A model generated the notes under the pieces. The model had not been told where the DNA came from. It saw nothing but the letters and a program-made list of their open reading frames with translations, and made no database searches. From contig JBGSVA010000021.1 in the NCBI GenBank assembly GCA_041753155.1, positions 1,012 to 65,011 on the forward strand: 64,000 bases of DNA, written 5' to 3'. Shown here piece by piece: positions 29,400 through 42,311 of the stretch. Source of the stretch: Thermodesulfobacteriota bacterium (lineage in GTDB: Bacteria; Desulfobacterota_D; UBA1144; Nemesobacterales; UBA2774). The position numbers and the translations under genes were made by a program. Position 1 is the stretch's first letter; each line of letters begins with the position of its first letter.

Positions 29400-29782
29400 T
29401 GTATAAAAATGTAATAGCGATAATATCCATAGCATTAATGACGATGGGCGGGTGTATGGCGCCCGGAGGCGAAGGCGGGGGAGGCGGCTCCCCTCTCGCT
29501 TTCCTGCCGTTCGTATTGATATTCGTCCTGTTTTATTTCCTCATACTGAGGCCCCAGCAGAAGCAGACCAGGAAAAAGGAAGAAATGCTCAAGAGCCTGA
29601 AGCGCGGGGACAACGTCATCACCGCGGGCGGTATCTACGGCAAGATAATGAACATTTCGGAAGACGATATAGTGACGCTCGAGATATCCAAGGGGGTGAG
29701 CATCCGTATCGCACGCACCGGCATCACCGGTCTCGAGGGCCAGGGGAAGGAAGAGTCCAAGGAGGATAAATCCAAGAAATGA
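29399..29782 (+). CDS. yajC: preprotein translocase subunit YajC
   Basis: One transmembrane helix followed by LKRGDNVITAGGIYGKI. The tgt-yajC-secDF synteny supports the call. Confidence 0.85.
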
Positions 29783-31377
29783 GAGCTTCCAGAGGATGGA
29801 TTATCACGATTATCGTCTTTAGCGTGCTGTCCGCGCTTCTCCTGATTCCCACGGTCGCGGGCGACTCTCTTCCGGGCTGGTGGGGAAAGATATTCCCGGA
29901 CAGGGGCATCAGGCTCGGACTCGACCTGAGGGGCGGGATATTCCTGTTGATAGGCGTCGATACGGAGAAGGCCGTCGATCACGAGCTTAACGGCATTAAG
30001 GATTTTATGACTCAGGAATTGAAGGGTGAAAAAGTACTTATAAAAGGTTCTGAAATAAAAGGCGACGATCTGACGCTGCAGTTCTTCACCAAAGAAGACC
30101 TAGACAAGGGTGCGAAGATCGCGGAGGAGAACTTCAGCGACAGGGCCGATATAAACGAATCCGACCTCTCTCTCGCATTCGTTCTCAACGGTTCTTACCT
30201 GGACGACATCCAGGTAAGGGCTATCGATCAGGTGAAGCAGGTCATAGAGAACCGTGTTCAGGAGCTTGGGCTTGTCGAGCCTTCGATACAGAAGGCCGGA
30301 TCCGACAGGATACTGATTCAGGTCCCCGGTGCATCCGAAAAGGACAGGCAGAGGATTATCGATATAATAAAGCGCTCGGCGGTCCTTGAGTTTAAGATCG
30401 TCAGGGATACGGGTGTGGACCAGGACGTCCTGCTCGCCAAATACGGCGTTAAGAAGCCCGACGAGCTTAAGGCCCAGGCCCTGATGCTCATCCCCGGAGA
30501 TACGGGCACGGAGAACGAGAAATTCTTTATCGCTACTGCCGATTCGCCGGTGACGGGCGGGTCTTTAACGGATGCGCGGCTTATCTTCGATGAATTCGGC
30601 AGGCCCGCTGTGGGCTTTAATTTCAACGGAGAAGGCGCGAGTAAGTTCGGCGAGCTCACGGAAAAGAACATCGGGCAAAGACTCGCCATAGTGCTCGACG
30701 GTACGATTAAGTCTGCGCCCACTATCCAGGAGAGGATCGCGGCACAGGGCAGGATCACCGGTAGCTTTACGACCGAGGAAGCAAAGGACCTCGCGCTCGT
30801 GCTCCGTTCAGGCGCCCTTCCGGTGCCTGTTACCGTGGAGCAGGAACGGACGGTGGGCCCGTCGCTCGGCAGGGATTCCATTGAAAGCGGAATGATGTCG
30901 ATGACAGTCGGGGGCGTGCTGGTCATAATATTCATGGTTTTCTTTTACAGACTGCAGGGTGTGGTTTCCGACATTGCGCTGGCCTTAAACATGCTCTTTA
31001 TCCTGGGTTTCCTTTCCGCATTCGGCATAACGCTGACCCTTCCCGGTATAGCGGGGCTCGTCCTCACTATGGGCATGGCGGTCGACGGGAACATTATTAT
31101 TCTCGAGAGGATAAAGGAGGAGCTGAGGACGGGGAAATCACCGATCGCCGCAATAGACGCCGGTTACGCCAGGTCCCTATGGACGGTTCTTGACGCGAAC
31201 ATCACAACGCTCATTACGGCTCTCATTCTGTTCTGGTTCGGCACCGGGCCGATAAAGGGTTTCGCGGCGACGGTCTCGATCGGTATTATATCGACCGTAT
31301 TCAGCAACGTAGTCGTGGCTCGCGTTATCACCAATTTGATTTATCAGGACAGGAAAGCCCCTGCCTTAAGCATCTAA
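29779..31377 (+). CDS. secD: protein translocase subunit SecD
   Basis: 532 aa with a large periplasmic domain followed by 6 C-terminal transmembrane helices. It overlaps the yajC stop. Confidence 0.9.
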   Translation: MRASRGWIITIIVFSVLSALLLIPTVAGDSLPGWWGKIFPDRGIRLGLDLRGGIFLLIGVDTEKAVDHELNGIKDFMTQELKGEKVLIKGSEIKGDDLTLQFFTKEDLDKGAKIAEENFSDRADINESDLSLAFVLNGSYLDDIQVRAIDQVKQVIENRVQELGLVEPSIQKAGSDRILIQVPGASEKDRQRIIDIIKRSAVLEFKIVRDTGVDQDVLLAKYGVKKPDELKAQALMLIPGDTGTENEKFFIATADSPVTGGSLTDARLIFDEFGRPAVGFNFNGEGASKFGELTEKNIGQRLAIVLDGTIKSAPTIQERIAAQGRITGSFTTEEAKDLALVLRSGALPVPVTVEQERTVGPSLGRDSIESGMMSMTVGGVLVIIFMVFFYRLQGVVSDIALALNMLFILGFLSAFGITLTLPGIAGLVLTMGMAVDGNIIILERIKEELRTGKSPIAAIDAGYARSLWTVLDANITTLITALILFWFGTGPIKGFAATVSIGIISTVFSNVVVARVITNLIYQDRKAPALSI

Positions 31378-31403
31378 GGGAATATTCTGGAGGAGATCGC
31401 AAC

Positions 31404-32321
31404 TTGGATTTAATTAAACCTGGCACTCATATAGATTTCGTGGGGAAAATGAGGAAAGCCGTCATCGTGTCGGCTGTGCTGATTCTAATTTCAATCGGTT
31501 CGCTCATATACCATAAAGGTCCAAACTGGGGGGTGGAGTTCACGGGCGGCTCCGAAATTCATATAAAGCTTGCCAAGGACGTGGGACTGGAGCAGATCAA
31601 GACCACTCTGGATAAGGCGGGTTACCCACCCGACGAGGTCCAGAGGATAGGCCTTCAGGGGGATAACGAGTATTTAATCAGGTTTTCCGCTGACCTCGTT
31701 AAATTCGAGCAGATACAGTCATTCCAGAAGATACTCGAGGGTATCATGAGCAGCGATCCGGAATTCAAAGGCGGCTCGATCCTGAGGGTGGATTATATAG
31801 GGCCCAAGGTCGGCGCGGAGTTGATCGAAAAGGCAATTATTGCAATCCTGGTCGGGTGTGTGGGGATACTGATCTACGTAATGCTGAGGTTCGAATTCGC
31901 TTTTGCACTGGGCGCTGTCGTTGCGCTCTTGCACGATACTATCATAACTATCGGAGCCGTATCTGTTACAGACAAGGAATTCACTCTGACCATAATCGCT
32001 GCGCTCCTGACTGTTATCGGTTATTCGGTGAACGATACGATTATAATATTCGACAGGATCAGGGAGAATATGAAGAAGGGCGGAAGAGCGACTTTCGAAG
32101 AGATAGTTAACGATTCCGTTAATCAAACCCTGGCGAGGACTATTCTGACGGGTGCTACGGTTTTCGTCGTATTGCTGTCCCTGTTCTTCCTGGGAGGCTC
32201 CGTAATACACGATTTCGCTTTCGCCTTGCTGGTCGGAGTCCTCGTCGGGACTTTCTCTTCTGTTTTTGTCGCGAGCGCGATCGTAATATACTGGAGAAAA
32301 AAAAGGGGGCTTACGGTTTAG
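31404..32321 (+). CDS. secF: protein translocase subunit SecF
   Basis: 305 aa, following secD. Confidence 0.9.
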   Translation: MDLIKPGTHIDFVGKMRKAVIVSAVLILISIGSLIYHKGPNWGVEFTGGSEIHIKLAKDVGLEQIKTTLDKAGYPPDEVQRIGLQGDNEYLIRFSADLVKFEQIQSFQKILEGIMSSDPEFKGGSILRVDYIGPKVGAELIEKAIIAILVGCVGILIYVMLRFEFAFALGAVVALLHDTIITIGAVSVTDKEFTLTIIAALLTVIGYSVNDTIIIFDRIRENMKKGGRATFEEIVNDSVNQTLARTILTGATVFVVLLSLFFLGGSVIHDFAFALLVGVLVGTFSSVFVASAIVIYWRKKRGLTV

Positions 32322-32724
32322 CCTGGACGATACTCTTTTCGAGCTCCTCATAAAGCACCTCTGCGCCGGGGACTTTCCCCTTTCCGACTACTTTCCCGTT
32401 CACGATTACGGCAGGCACCGGATACCAGAGCAATAACGTCCTTAGAGAAGAAAGAAACGGCTCGCGGTGTTTTAATAAGTCTTTAATCAGCCTTGGTACG
32501 ACGTATATATAGTCTTTAGGCTCGATCTGTATTATCTCGACTTCCTCTTCCCCGTACCTCTCGCGTATCTCCCTGTGGAGCCTCCCGCATTCCACCGCCG
32601 ATGCCCTGATCTCATGATACGAGGGTTCCTTCTTCGCATGCTCCCCCATGCCTCCCGAGCAGCATATGCAGCCGCTCCCCGAATCGCTCTCCCTCACAAT
32701 GATAACGGTCGAGCCGCTAATCAT
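32311..32724 (-). CDS. thioredoxin-fold small redox protein (Thioredoxin_3/MTH895-like) with an atypical C-I-C-C motif
   Basis: GSGCICCS N-terminus and C-terminal [25 protein letters not shown] match the Thioredoxin_3 layout (GSGCxxC ... PALVINGKVV.SGRVPS.EE). The start overlaps the cstA stop by 8 nt. Confidence 0.5.
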   Translation of the reverse strand: MISGSTVIIVRESDSGSGCICCSGGMGEHAKKEPSYHEIRASAVECGRLHREIRERYGEEEVEIIQIEPKDYIYVVPRLIKDLLKHREPFLSSLRTLLLWYPVPAVIVNGKVVGKGKVPGAEVLYEELEKSIVQAKP

Positions 32725-34546
32725 GTGCCGCCTCCTTTTGTGAGAGTGTCCCCTCTTTCTTTTCCGCAGGGAGCGCCTTCGTCCATACCCTTATCGAGTC
32801 GATGAGTATCACCACCGCGCATATCATAATGACGGCCGTGAAAACGATGTTCACGTAACCCTGTACGGCGAATCCCTCCTTCCTCGTGAGGGGTAAGAAG
32901 TTATTCGTGATGTTCAGCCACGCGGCCGTTAGCGTCGTCGCCATTACGAAGGCCATCGGTACTATTGTAACCCAGGCGTATCTCGCCCTGCCTAACTTTA
33001 TTATGAACGTCGTCCCCACACAGAGGGCTATACCCGCAAGGAGCTGGTTCGCCGTCCCGAACATGGGCCAGATCGTGCTTATGCTTCCCGTGAAGACGAA
33101 GTACCCCCACGCGCATGAGATCAGCGCGCTCGATATTACCGCAGAGGGCAGGTGGTCGACCCTCTCGAAAGGCTTGTAAAACCTTCCCCCGAATTCCTGT
33201 ATCATGAACCTCGCGACCCTCGTTCCCGTATCGATCGTCGTCAGTATGAAGAGCGCCTCGAACATTATTGCGAAGTGGTACCAGTAGTCCATCAGGTGGC
33301 TCATTCCCGGAAGCGCCGTGAATATCTGCGCCATCCCCACCGCGAGCGAAACCGCCCCTCCCGTCCTTCCGGTGAGTGTCTCCCCGACCTGGGCCGAGAG
33401 GTGGTCGAGGTTCACAGTGCTCAGGCCGAGCGTCTCGAATATGGGCCCCGGGACGTTTATGGCGAAATAATCGCCCGGGAAAAGTGCGGTCGCGGCGATG
33501 AGCGCGAGGATTGCGATGAATCCCTCTATCAGCATCGCGACAAACCCTATCGTCTTAATGTCCGATTCCCTGGAGACCATCTTGGGGGAGGTGCCCGAGG
33601 CGACGAGCGCGTGGAACCCGGAGATCGCGCCGCAGGCGATGGTTATAAACGTAAAGGGGAACAGCGCGCCCGGTATTATCGGCCCTCCGCCCTTTATAAA
33701 CTCGGTCACGGCCGGCATTTTCAGCTCCGGGTCGACAATAACGATCCCGGCAGCGAGGAATACGATGGTTCCTATCTTCATGAACGAGCTCAGGTAGTCC
33801 CTGGGACACAGGAGAAGCCAGACGGGAAGTATAGAGGCCGTAAAGCCGTAGATGAGAATGAACAACGTGATCTTTGCTTTGGGGAGCGTGAAATAAGGCG
33901 CGAGCGGTGAGTGGGCTATGTCCTTCCCGAAATAGACGGCCAGTAAAAGGAGGATTACGCCTATGACCGTGGCCTCCACTATCCTTCCTTTCCTGAACCT
34001 GTACATGTAAAGACCCATAAAGAAGGCGATCGGTACAGTACACCCGATGGTGAACACCCCCCACGAGCTTTCCGCGAGCGCGTTCACAACCGCGAGCCCG
34101 AGTCCCGCCAAAGCGACGACGAGTATGAAGAGTACTGCGATCGAGGCAATGATCCCGGAGAGCGGGCTGATCTCGGTCTTCGCTATCTCCGCGAGAGACT
34201 TCCCCCCGTGTCTTACCGAGGCGAAGAATATGATGAAATCGTGCACCGCCCCCGCCAGCACTACGCCTATGAGTATCCATAGATAGCCCGGCAGCACGCC
34301 GAACTGGGCGGCTAGGACGGGCCCTATCAGGGGCCCCGCTCCGGTGATAGCGGCGAAATGGTGCCCGAAAAGCACCCACTTGTTCGTCGGGAAGTAGTTC
34401 TGACCGTCGTACATGGTATAGGCAGGGGTTTTTCGTGAATCGTCGAGCACCGCGACCTTGGCGGCGATAAATGCGTGGTAATACCTGTAGAAAATCACCA
34501 TGACGCAGAGTGCGGCCACGACGAGCGGCATGGCGTGTATGGTCAT
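32717..34546 (-). CDS. cstA: carbon starvation protein A
   Basis: 609-aa polytopic transporter whose N-terminus carries the CstA-typical [12 protein letters not shown]...[23 protein letters not shown]. Confidence 0.9.
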   Translation of the reverse strand: MTIHAMPLVVAALCVMVIFYRYYHAFIAAKVAVLDDSRKTPAYTMYDGQNYFPTNKWVLFGHHFAAITGAGPLIGPVLAAQFGVLPGYLWILIGVVLAGAVHDFIIFFASVRHGGKSLAEIAKTEISPLSGIIASIAVLFILVVALAGLGLAVVNALAESSWGVFTIGCTVPIAFFMGLYMYRFRKGRIVEATVIGVILLLLAVYFGKDIAHSPLAPYFTLPKAKITLFILIYGFTASILPVWLLLCPRDYLSSFMKIGTIVFLAAGIVIVDPELKMPAVTEFIKGGGPIIPGALFPFTFITIACGAISGFHALVASGTSPKMVSRESDIKTIGFVAMLIEGFIAILALIAATALFPGDYFAINVPGPIFETLGLSTVNLDHLSAQVGETLTGRTGGAVSLAVGMAQIFTALPGMSHLMDYWYHFAIMFEALFILTTIDTGTRVARFMIQEFGGRFYKPFERVDHLPSAVISSALISCAWGYFVFTGSISTIWPMFGTANQLLAGIALCVGTTFIIKLGRARYAWVTIVPMAFVMATTLTAAWLNITNNFLPLTRKEGFAVQGYVNIVFTAVIMICAVVILIDSIRVWTKALPAEKKEGTLSQKEAAHD

Positions 34547-35119
34547 CGGATTGACCTCGTTTCGCTATTGGAATAGGGGTAGCCGGACATAATAGCGGCG
34601 AATTGTCGTATGATGTTTTTTTTCATCTTTCTGATTTGTCTTAACGCTTAATTTTGCGCATAGCCGGATATGAAGATACAGCAAATGAATTATAAACTCA
34701 AAATCGCAGGCGATTACAGCCCGTGAGCGGCTATTTTACCGGCCCGCCTCGTTCTCCTTCTTCATTATGCGATTACGCGTATTGATATGTTTTTCCGCAT
34801 CTTCGGGAGGTATGAGGATTTAAATTGCTCCGGTCAAGGTACGGAGACTCCGTTAAGAGTGCCTGCCGGAAATGCATATCCCGCCCGTTCATATATTTTA
34901 GATACGAGCAGTGCCGGCTGCATTTCAAAAGCCTCGTCTTCCTCTTCAGCGCACTCGCGATAAGGGCGGTAGCCAGGGCGGCGTATTATGTAATCAGCGA
35001 CGTGCGCGCCCGGTTCAGGGAAAACCCCGGCATCCTGCGGGGCGCTTCCAGGACGGATCACGCTCGTGCTTGCGCCGTTGTTTATCTAGTTTTTAGATAG
35101 TAATATTCAGGAGGCCCTG

Positions 35120-36565
35120 TTGATGTTAAAGCAACTCCTGAAACGAAAAAATATAAGCCGGATAACGCTCGAAGCGGACGACGAGCAGCACGGTTTAAAA
35201 CGTGTGCTCGGTCCGCTCGATCTGGTGAGTCTCGGCATCGGTATAATTATCGGCGCCGGGATTTTTGTCGTCACGGGCCAGGCGGCTGCCCAGTACGCGG
35301 GACCCGCGATATCCCTCTCTTTCGTCCTATCCGGTTTCGGATGTGTTTTGGCCGGGCTATGCTACGCGGAAATGGCCTCGATGATCCCCGTTTCCGGAAG
35401 CGCATATACGTATGCTTATGCCACGCTCGGGCAGTTTATCGCCTGGGTGATCGGATGGGACCTCGTTCTCGAGTACCTCTTCGCAAGCTCGACAGTCTCG
35501 GTAGGCTGGTCGGGCTACGTCGTGAGCTTCCTCAAGGACTTCGGTATCTTTATTCCCGACATAGTATCGAGAGCGCCTCTCTCATACGACCCTCACACCG
35601 GGTGGGCGTTTACCGGGGCCGTAATCAATCTGCCCGCGATCCTCATAGTGCTCTCGATGATGACGCTCCTGGTCATAGGTATAAGGGAATCCGCCGCGGC
35701 AAACAGCGTTATCGTAATAATCAAACTCACCGTACTTCTGGTCTTTGTCGGCATAGGATTTTTTTACATCAACCGGGAGAACTGGCAGCCGTTCATACCT
35801 CCTAACGAGGGAGCGTTCGGTCATTTCGGCTGGAGCGGGGTGCTCAGGGGGGCGGGCGTGATATTCTTTGCGTACATCGGCTTCGACGCGGTATCCACAG
35901 CCGCGCAGGAAACGCGAAACCCCCAGCGTAACGTGCCAATCGGCATCCTCGGCTCTCTCCTGGTCGCGACTGTTTTGTATATCGTAGTAGCGCTTGTTCT
36001 GACCGGCGTCGTGAAGTACTCGCTTCTGAACGTACCTGACCCGATCGCGGTGGCCGTCGATTTTATGGGGGAGAAGCTCTACTGGCTCCGACCGCTGATA
36101 AAAATAGGCGCGATCGCGGGCCTCACGTCCGTCATCCTCGTGCTCCTCTTCGGGCAGACCAGGATATTTTATTCGATGGCGCGCGACAAAATGCTGCCCG
36201 GACGCTTCGCCGCCCTACACCCGGTGTTCAGGACGCCGGTGTTCACGACGATTCTTACGGGTATCGCCGCTTCATTTTTCGCGGGGATATTCCCCCTGAG
36301 TGTTTTAGGGGAGCTCGTATCTATAGGCACACTGTTCGCTTTCGTGATCGTCTGCGTCGGGGTGCTGGCGCTCCGCTATACCGACCCTCAGCTTCCGAGG
36401 CCCTTTAAAGTCCCGCTCTTCCCTCTTGTCCCGATACTGGGCGCGGGTGTGAGCTTCCTTCAGATGGCGGCGCTCCCTATGGATACATGGCTCAGGCTCA
36501 TTATCTGGATGCTGATCGGGTTCGCTATATATTTCTTATACTCTCGCAAACGGGCCGTGGACTGA
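35120..36565 (+). CDS. amino acid permease (APC superfamily)
   Basis: 12-transmembrane layout with the GIGIIIGAGIFVVTG signature. Confidence 0.85.
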   Translation: MMLKQLLKRKNISRITLEADDEQHGLKRVLGPLDLVSLGIGIIIGAGIFVVTGQAAAQYAGPAISLSFVLSGFGCVLAGLCYAEMASMIPVSGSAYTYAYATLGQFIAWVIGWDLVLEYLFASSTVSVGWSGYVVSFLKDFGIFIPDIVSRAPLSYDPHTGWAFTGAVINLPAILIVLSMMTLLVIGIRESAAANSVIVIIKLTVLLVFVGIGFFYINRENWQPFIPPNEGAFGHFGWSGVLRGAGVIFFAYIGFDAVSTAAQETRNPQRNVPIGILGSLLVATVLYIVVALVLTGVVKYSLLNVPDPIAVAVDFMGEKLYWLRPLIKIGAIAGLTSVILVLLFGQTRIFYSMARDKMLPGRFAALHPVFRTPVFTTILTGIAASFFAGIFPLSVLGELVSIGTLFAFVIVCVGVLALRYTDPQLPRPFKVPLFPLVPILGAGVSFLQMAALPMDTWLRLIIWMLIGFAIYFLYSRKRAVD

Positions 36566-36671
36566 TTTGGGGCCGGATGGAGGGCTCTTGGTATTTACTT
36601 GACCGGATGCATGACGCCGAAGAGCTAAATTATCAGTTGGAAAAAAGGGTTTTGCGGGTAAATCTATTCGG

Positions 36672-37181
36672 ATGATGGATTACGTCGTTCTCGTCTTATA
36701 TATTCTCGTTTCGCTCGCGGGTCTCGTTTCCCTCATATTCGGCCTCCCGGGCACTTTCATCATACTGGGGGCCTCTGTCCTCTACGGCTGGTACGGCGGT
36801 TTCAGCGAGATAACGGTCAGGGTTATTATCGTTCTTGTCGTTCTCGCCCTCGCCGGGGAGCTGATAGAGTTCCTTCTCGGCATACTGGGGTCGAAAAAGT
36901 ACGAGTCCAGCAACAGGGCCATAGTGGGTTCTATAATCTTCGGTATTATAGGCGCCGTCATGGGGGCGCCGTTCTTTTTCGGCATAGGGGCCGTCATCGG
37001 CGCGTTTGCAGGGGCATTTGCCGGGGCTATTTTGATGGAGCTCTCACAGGGAAAAAAGATGGACGAGGCCATAAAATCGGGTTGGGGGGCATTCTTGGGC
37101 AGGGTCGCCGGTACTATTTCGAAGGGCGCCGTCGGAATAGCGATGATCGCGATAACCGTACTGGCCGTGCTCAACAATTAA
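36672..37181 (+). CDS. DUF456-like small membrane protein
   Basis: 169 aa with four Gly-rich transmembrane helices. Confidence 0.45.
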   Translation: MMDYVVLVLYILVSLAGLVSLIFGLPGTFIILGASVLYGWYGGFSEITVRVIIVLVVLALAGELIEFLLGILGSKKYESSNRAIVGSIIFGIIGAVMGAPFFFGIGAVIGAFAGAFAGAILMELSQGKKMDEAIKSGWGAFLGRVAGTISKGAVGIAMIAITVLAVLNN

Positions 37182-37336
37182 AATCTTTCCCAATAGCCGT
37201 CAAATCGCATTTTCTATCTATTCGGCAGTTTAATTGCCCCCGGCCGACTTTTCGTAATTCGTGCGCGGGAGTAGATGTAAATTCTCGTTATGGTAGATTA
37301 TTGTCCGGATTTCGATGATTTTACCGGAGTGAATCG

Positions 37337-38356
37337 ATGATAGACGTGCTCGAAGAAGTTAAAAAACAGGCGGAAGCCGAGCTCAATTCCGTAAACGACG
37401 AGATATCCCTACAGAACCTCAAGGCGAAGTTCGTCGGACGGAAGGGTGTCATCACCGATATATTAAAGGGCATGAAGGATATACCCGACTCAGACCGCCC
37501 GCGCATGGGCAAGCTCATAAACGAGACCAAGACCTTCGTCGAGGATCTCATCGAGCGGAGGCTCGGTGCGCTCAGGGAAGAGAAGAAGAGACGTTCTCTC
37601 TATGAAGAGAAGATAGACGTCACGCTTCCGGGGAGGGTCATGCCCGTAGGCGCGAGACACCCAATCACACAGGTCATGGAGGAGATAACGGCCATATTCG
37701 AAAGAATGGGGTTCGAAGTCGCCGAGGGTCCCGAAGTCGAGACCGACTACTATAACTTCGAGGCGCTCAATATCCCCAAGAACCACCCGGCGCGGGATAT
37801 GCAGGATACGTTCTACGTATCTGACGAAATAGTCCTCAGGACCCATACGTCCCCCGTTCAGATACGCGTCATGGAGAAGCGGAATCCCCCGGTGAAAGTC
37901 ATCGCCCCGGGGAAGGTTTACAGGTGCGACAGCGATATATCCCACACCCCGATGTTCCACCAGATAGAGGGGCTCCTCGTCGACGAGGGCGTTACTTTCG
38001 GGGACCTGAAGGGGGTGCTGACCGAATTCGTCAGGATTGTTTTCGGAGAGGGCGTGGGGGTAAGGTTCAGGCCGAGCTTCTTCCCGTTCACCGAGCCGAG
38101 CGCCGAAGTCGACATAGCGTGCCTGATCTGCGGGGGAAAGGGGTGCAGGGTGTGTAAGAACACAGGCTGGCTCGAGATTCTCGGCTGCGGAATGGTCGAC
38201 CCCGAGGTCTTCAAGAGCGTAGGCTACGACCCCGATAAATACTCGGGCTTCGCTTTCGGCATGGGGATCGAGAGGATAGCCATGCTCAAATTCGGCATTA
38301 ACGACATAAGACTCTTCTTCGAGAACGACATCCGTTTCCTCCGGCAATTCACCTGA
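37337..38356 (+). CDS. pheS: phenylalanine--tRNA ligase alpha subunit
   Basis: Class II aaRS motifs [17 protein letters not shown] and [10 protein letters not shown]. No pheT follows. Confidence 0.9.
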   Translation: MIDVLEEVKKQAEAELNSVNDEISLQNLKAKFVGRKGVITDILKGMKDIPDSDRPRMGKLINETKTFVEDLIERRLGALREEKKRRSLYEEKIDVTLPGRVMPVGARHPITQVMEEITAIFERMGFEVAEGPEVETDYYNFEALNIPKNHPARDMQDTFYVSDEIVLRTHTSPVQIRVMEKRNPPVKVIAPGKVYRCDSDISHTPMFHQIEGLLVDEGVTFGDLKGVLTEFVRIVFGEGVGVRFRPSFFPFTEPSAEVDIACLICGGKGCRVCKNTGWLEILGCGMVDPEVFKSVGYDPDKYSGFAFGMGIERIAMLKFGINDIRLFFENDIRFLRQFT

Positions 38357-38435
38357 TCGGACTTCTAGCGTCCCGGAATCTGTCATTTCGAGGCACAGCC
38401 GAGAAATCTATCATTTGCCTTTTCTTTTCATAAAC

Positions 38436-38507
38436 CACACTACGTGTGTGATTTTTGCTTCTTTTCATCAAGGAAAAGAAGAACACACACAATGTGTGTT
38501 TTATGAT
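38436..38507. promoter_or_regulatory. structured intergenic element: palindrome CACAC-TACGT-GTGTG, a 9-bp perfect hairpin (CTTCTTTTC-ATCAAG-GAAAAGAAG), then the 24-mer CACACACAATGTGTGTTTTATGAT
   Basis: Seen directly in the sequence. The second half is identical to 14846..14869. Confidence 0.5.
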
Positions 38508-38566
38508 ACTTCCGTATCTCCTCTGCCAACCCACCAACCGCGGCAATCTCATCCCTCACCCCCGAT

Positions 38567-38601
38567 TGAGTTAAATCCCCGTCTGTGGTACTATGCTTTT
38601 C
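38567..38601 (+). promoter_or_regulatory. candidate sigma-70 promoter for dcd (TTGAGT-17 nt-TACTAT)
   Basis: Hexamers spaced 17 nt apart, about 40 nt upstream of the dcd ATG. Matched by pattern only. Confidence 0.3.
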
Positions 38602-38639
38602 CCTAAGCAGCATAACCCAAATCATCAGGAGTAAAGACA

Positions 38640-39194
38640 ATGGGAGTTAAGCCTGACCACTGGATCAGAAAGATGGCCACAGAGCATAAAATGATAGACC
38701 CTTTCGTCGACGGACAAGTGAGAGAGGGCGCTATATCATACGGCCTTTCCGCTTACGGTTACGACATCAGGGTGAGCGACGAATTCAAGGTATTCACGAA
38801 CGTATATAACACCGTGGTCGACCCCAAGCAGTTCGATGAAAGATCGTTCGTCGAAATAAATTCGGATGTCTGCCTGATCCCTCCTAACTCCTTCGCGCTT
38901 GCAAGGACGGTCGAGTATTTTAGAATTCCCAGGAGCACTATCACCCTGTGTGTCGGTAAGTCCACGTACGCCAGGTGCGGGATTATTGTGAACGTCACTC
39001 CGTTCGAGCCGGAATGGGAGGGATTCGTCACTCTCGAGATATCCAACACGACCCCGCTGCCGGCGAAAATATACGCAAACGAGGGCATTGCGCAGGTATT
39101 ATTCTTCGAGGCGGACGAGATGTGCGAAATCTCATACGCCGACAAGAAGGGCAAATATCAGAAGCAGGTAGGGATAACCCCCCCGAAAGTATGA
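38640..39194 (+). CDS. dcd: dCTP deaminase
   Basis: 184 aa; [13 protein letters not shown]... with GxSxxARxGI and the Dcd C-terminal motifs. Confidence 0.85.
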   Translation: MGVKPDHWIRKMATEHKMIDPFVDGQVREGAISYGLSAYGYDIRVSDEFKVFTNVYNTVVDPKQFDERSFVEINSDVCLIPPNSFALARTVEYFRIPRSTITLCVGKSTYARCGIIVNVTPFEPEWEGFVTLEISNTTPLPAKIYANEGIAQVLFFEADEMCEISYADKKGKYQKQVGITPPKV

Positions 39195-39376
39195 GACGGG
39201 CGGCCGGAATACCCCGTCCTGACTGGAAAAATTGGCATCGGAAGGCCCCCTCATTCGCGCTTCAGGGATTACTTCTATAAATGCATTAAAACCCCTTGAT
39301 TTTATTTCCATTTTTTGCCCATCATGGTATAATATTATCTCATTAATTCCCCCCCCGCAGGTATGTTCGGAGGTAG

Positions 39377-41851
<2,475 letters not shown>

Positions 41852-41882
41852 GATGTAAATCCGCCGGTCTGGAACAAGTAAG

Positions 41883-42248
41883 ATGCCCGAGTCCGTAAAG
41901 CACGTAAATCAAATCCCCGTAGAAAAGGTAAGCGCCGGTAGCCATACATACCGTCAGGTGCTGATAGGGCCCGAGGAAGGGCCCAACTTCGCGATGAGAC
42001 GCTTTATTATGGAGCCCGGCGGCGGCATCCCCGCTCACACAAACACCGTCGAGCACGAGCAGTACGTGCTCCGCGGCCGTGCGAGGATAGGGATAGGCGA
42101 TAGTGTGTACGAGGTGAAGGCCGAAGACGTCCTCTACATCCCCGCCGGAGTCCCCCACTGGTACGAGGTCCTGGGCGACGAGAATTTCGAGTTCCTCTGC
42201 ATGGTCCCCAACCGGGACGACCGGATAAAGTTAGTCGGTAGCGACTGA
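41883..42248 (+). CDS. cupin-domain protein
   Basis: GGGIPAHTNTVEHEQYVLRG...YIPAGVPHW two-His cupin motifs. Confidence 0.7.
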   Translation: MPESVKHVNQIPVEKVSAGSHTYRQVLIGPEEGPNFAMRRFIMEPGGGIPAHTNTVEHEQYVLRGRARIGIGDSVYEVKAEDVLYIPAGVPHWYEVLGDENFEFLCMVPNRDDRIKLVGSD

Positions 42249-42311
42249 CTTCCTGACTATTTCCGCAATAATCCATTTACAATGAAAAGCGATAATTGAA
42301 GTGAGGCTCAG

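Noticed and set aside
33555-34379. 274-aa ORF antisense to cstA; similar antisense ORFs over pheS (37490-38386), dapF (51823-52620), dgt (62142-62765) and hisF (63040-63888)
   Set aside because: All lie inside strongly recognisable genes on the other strand, with Arg-rich or low-complexity translations.
34825-35100. 91-aa ORF in the cstA/permease intergenic region
   Set aside because: No Shine-Dalgarno or conservation cues, and an Arg/Ala-rich translation. It is likely a regulatory region rather than a gene.
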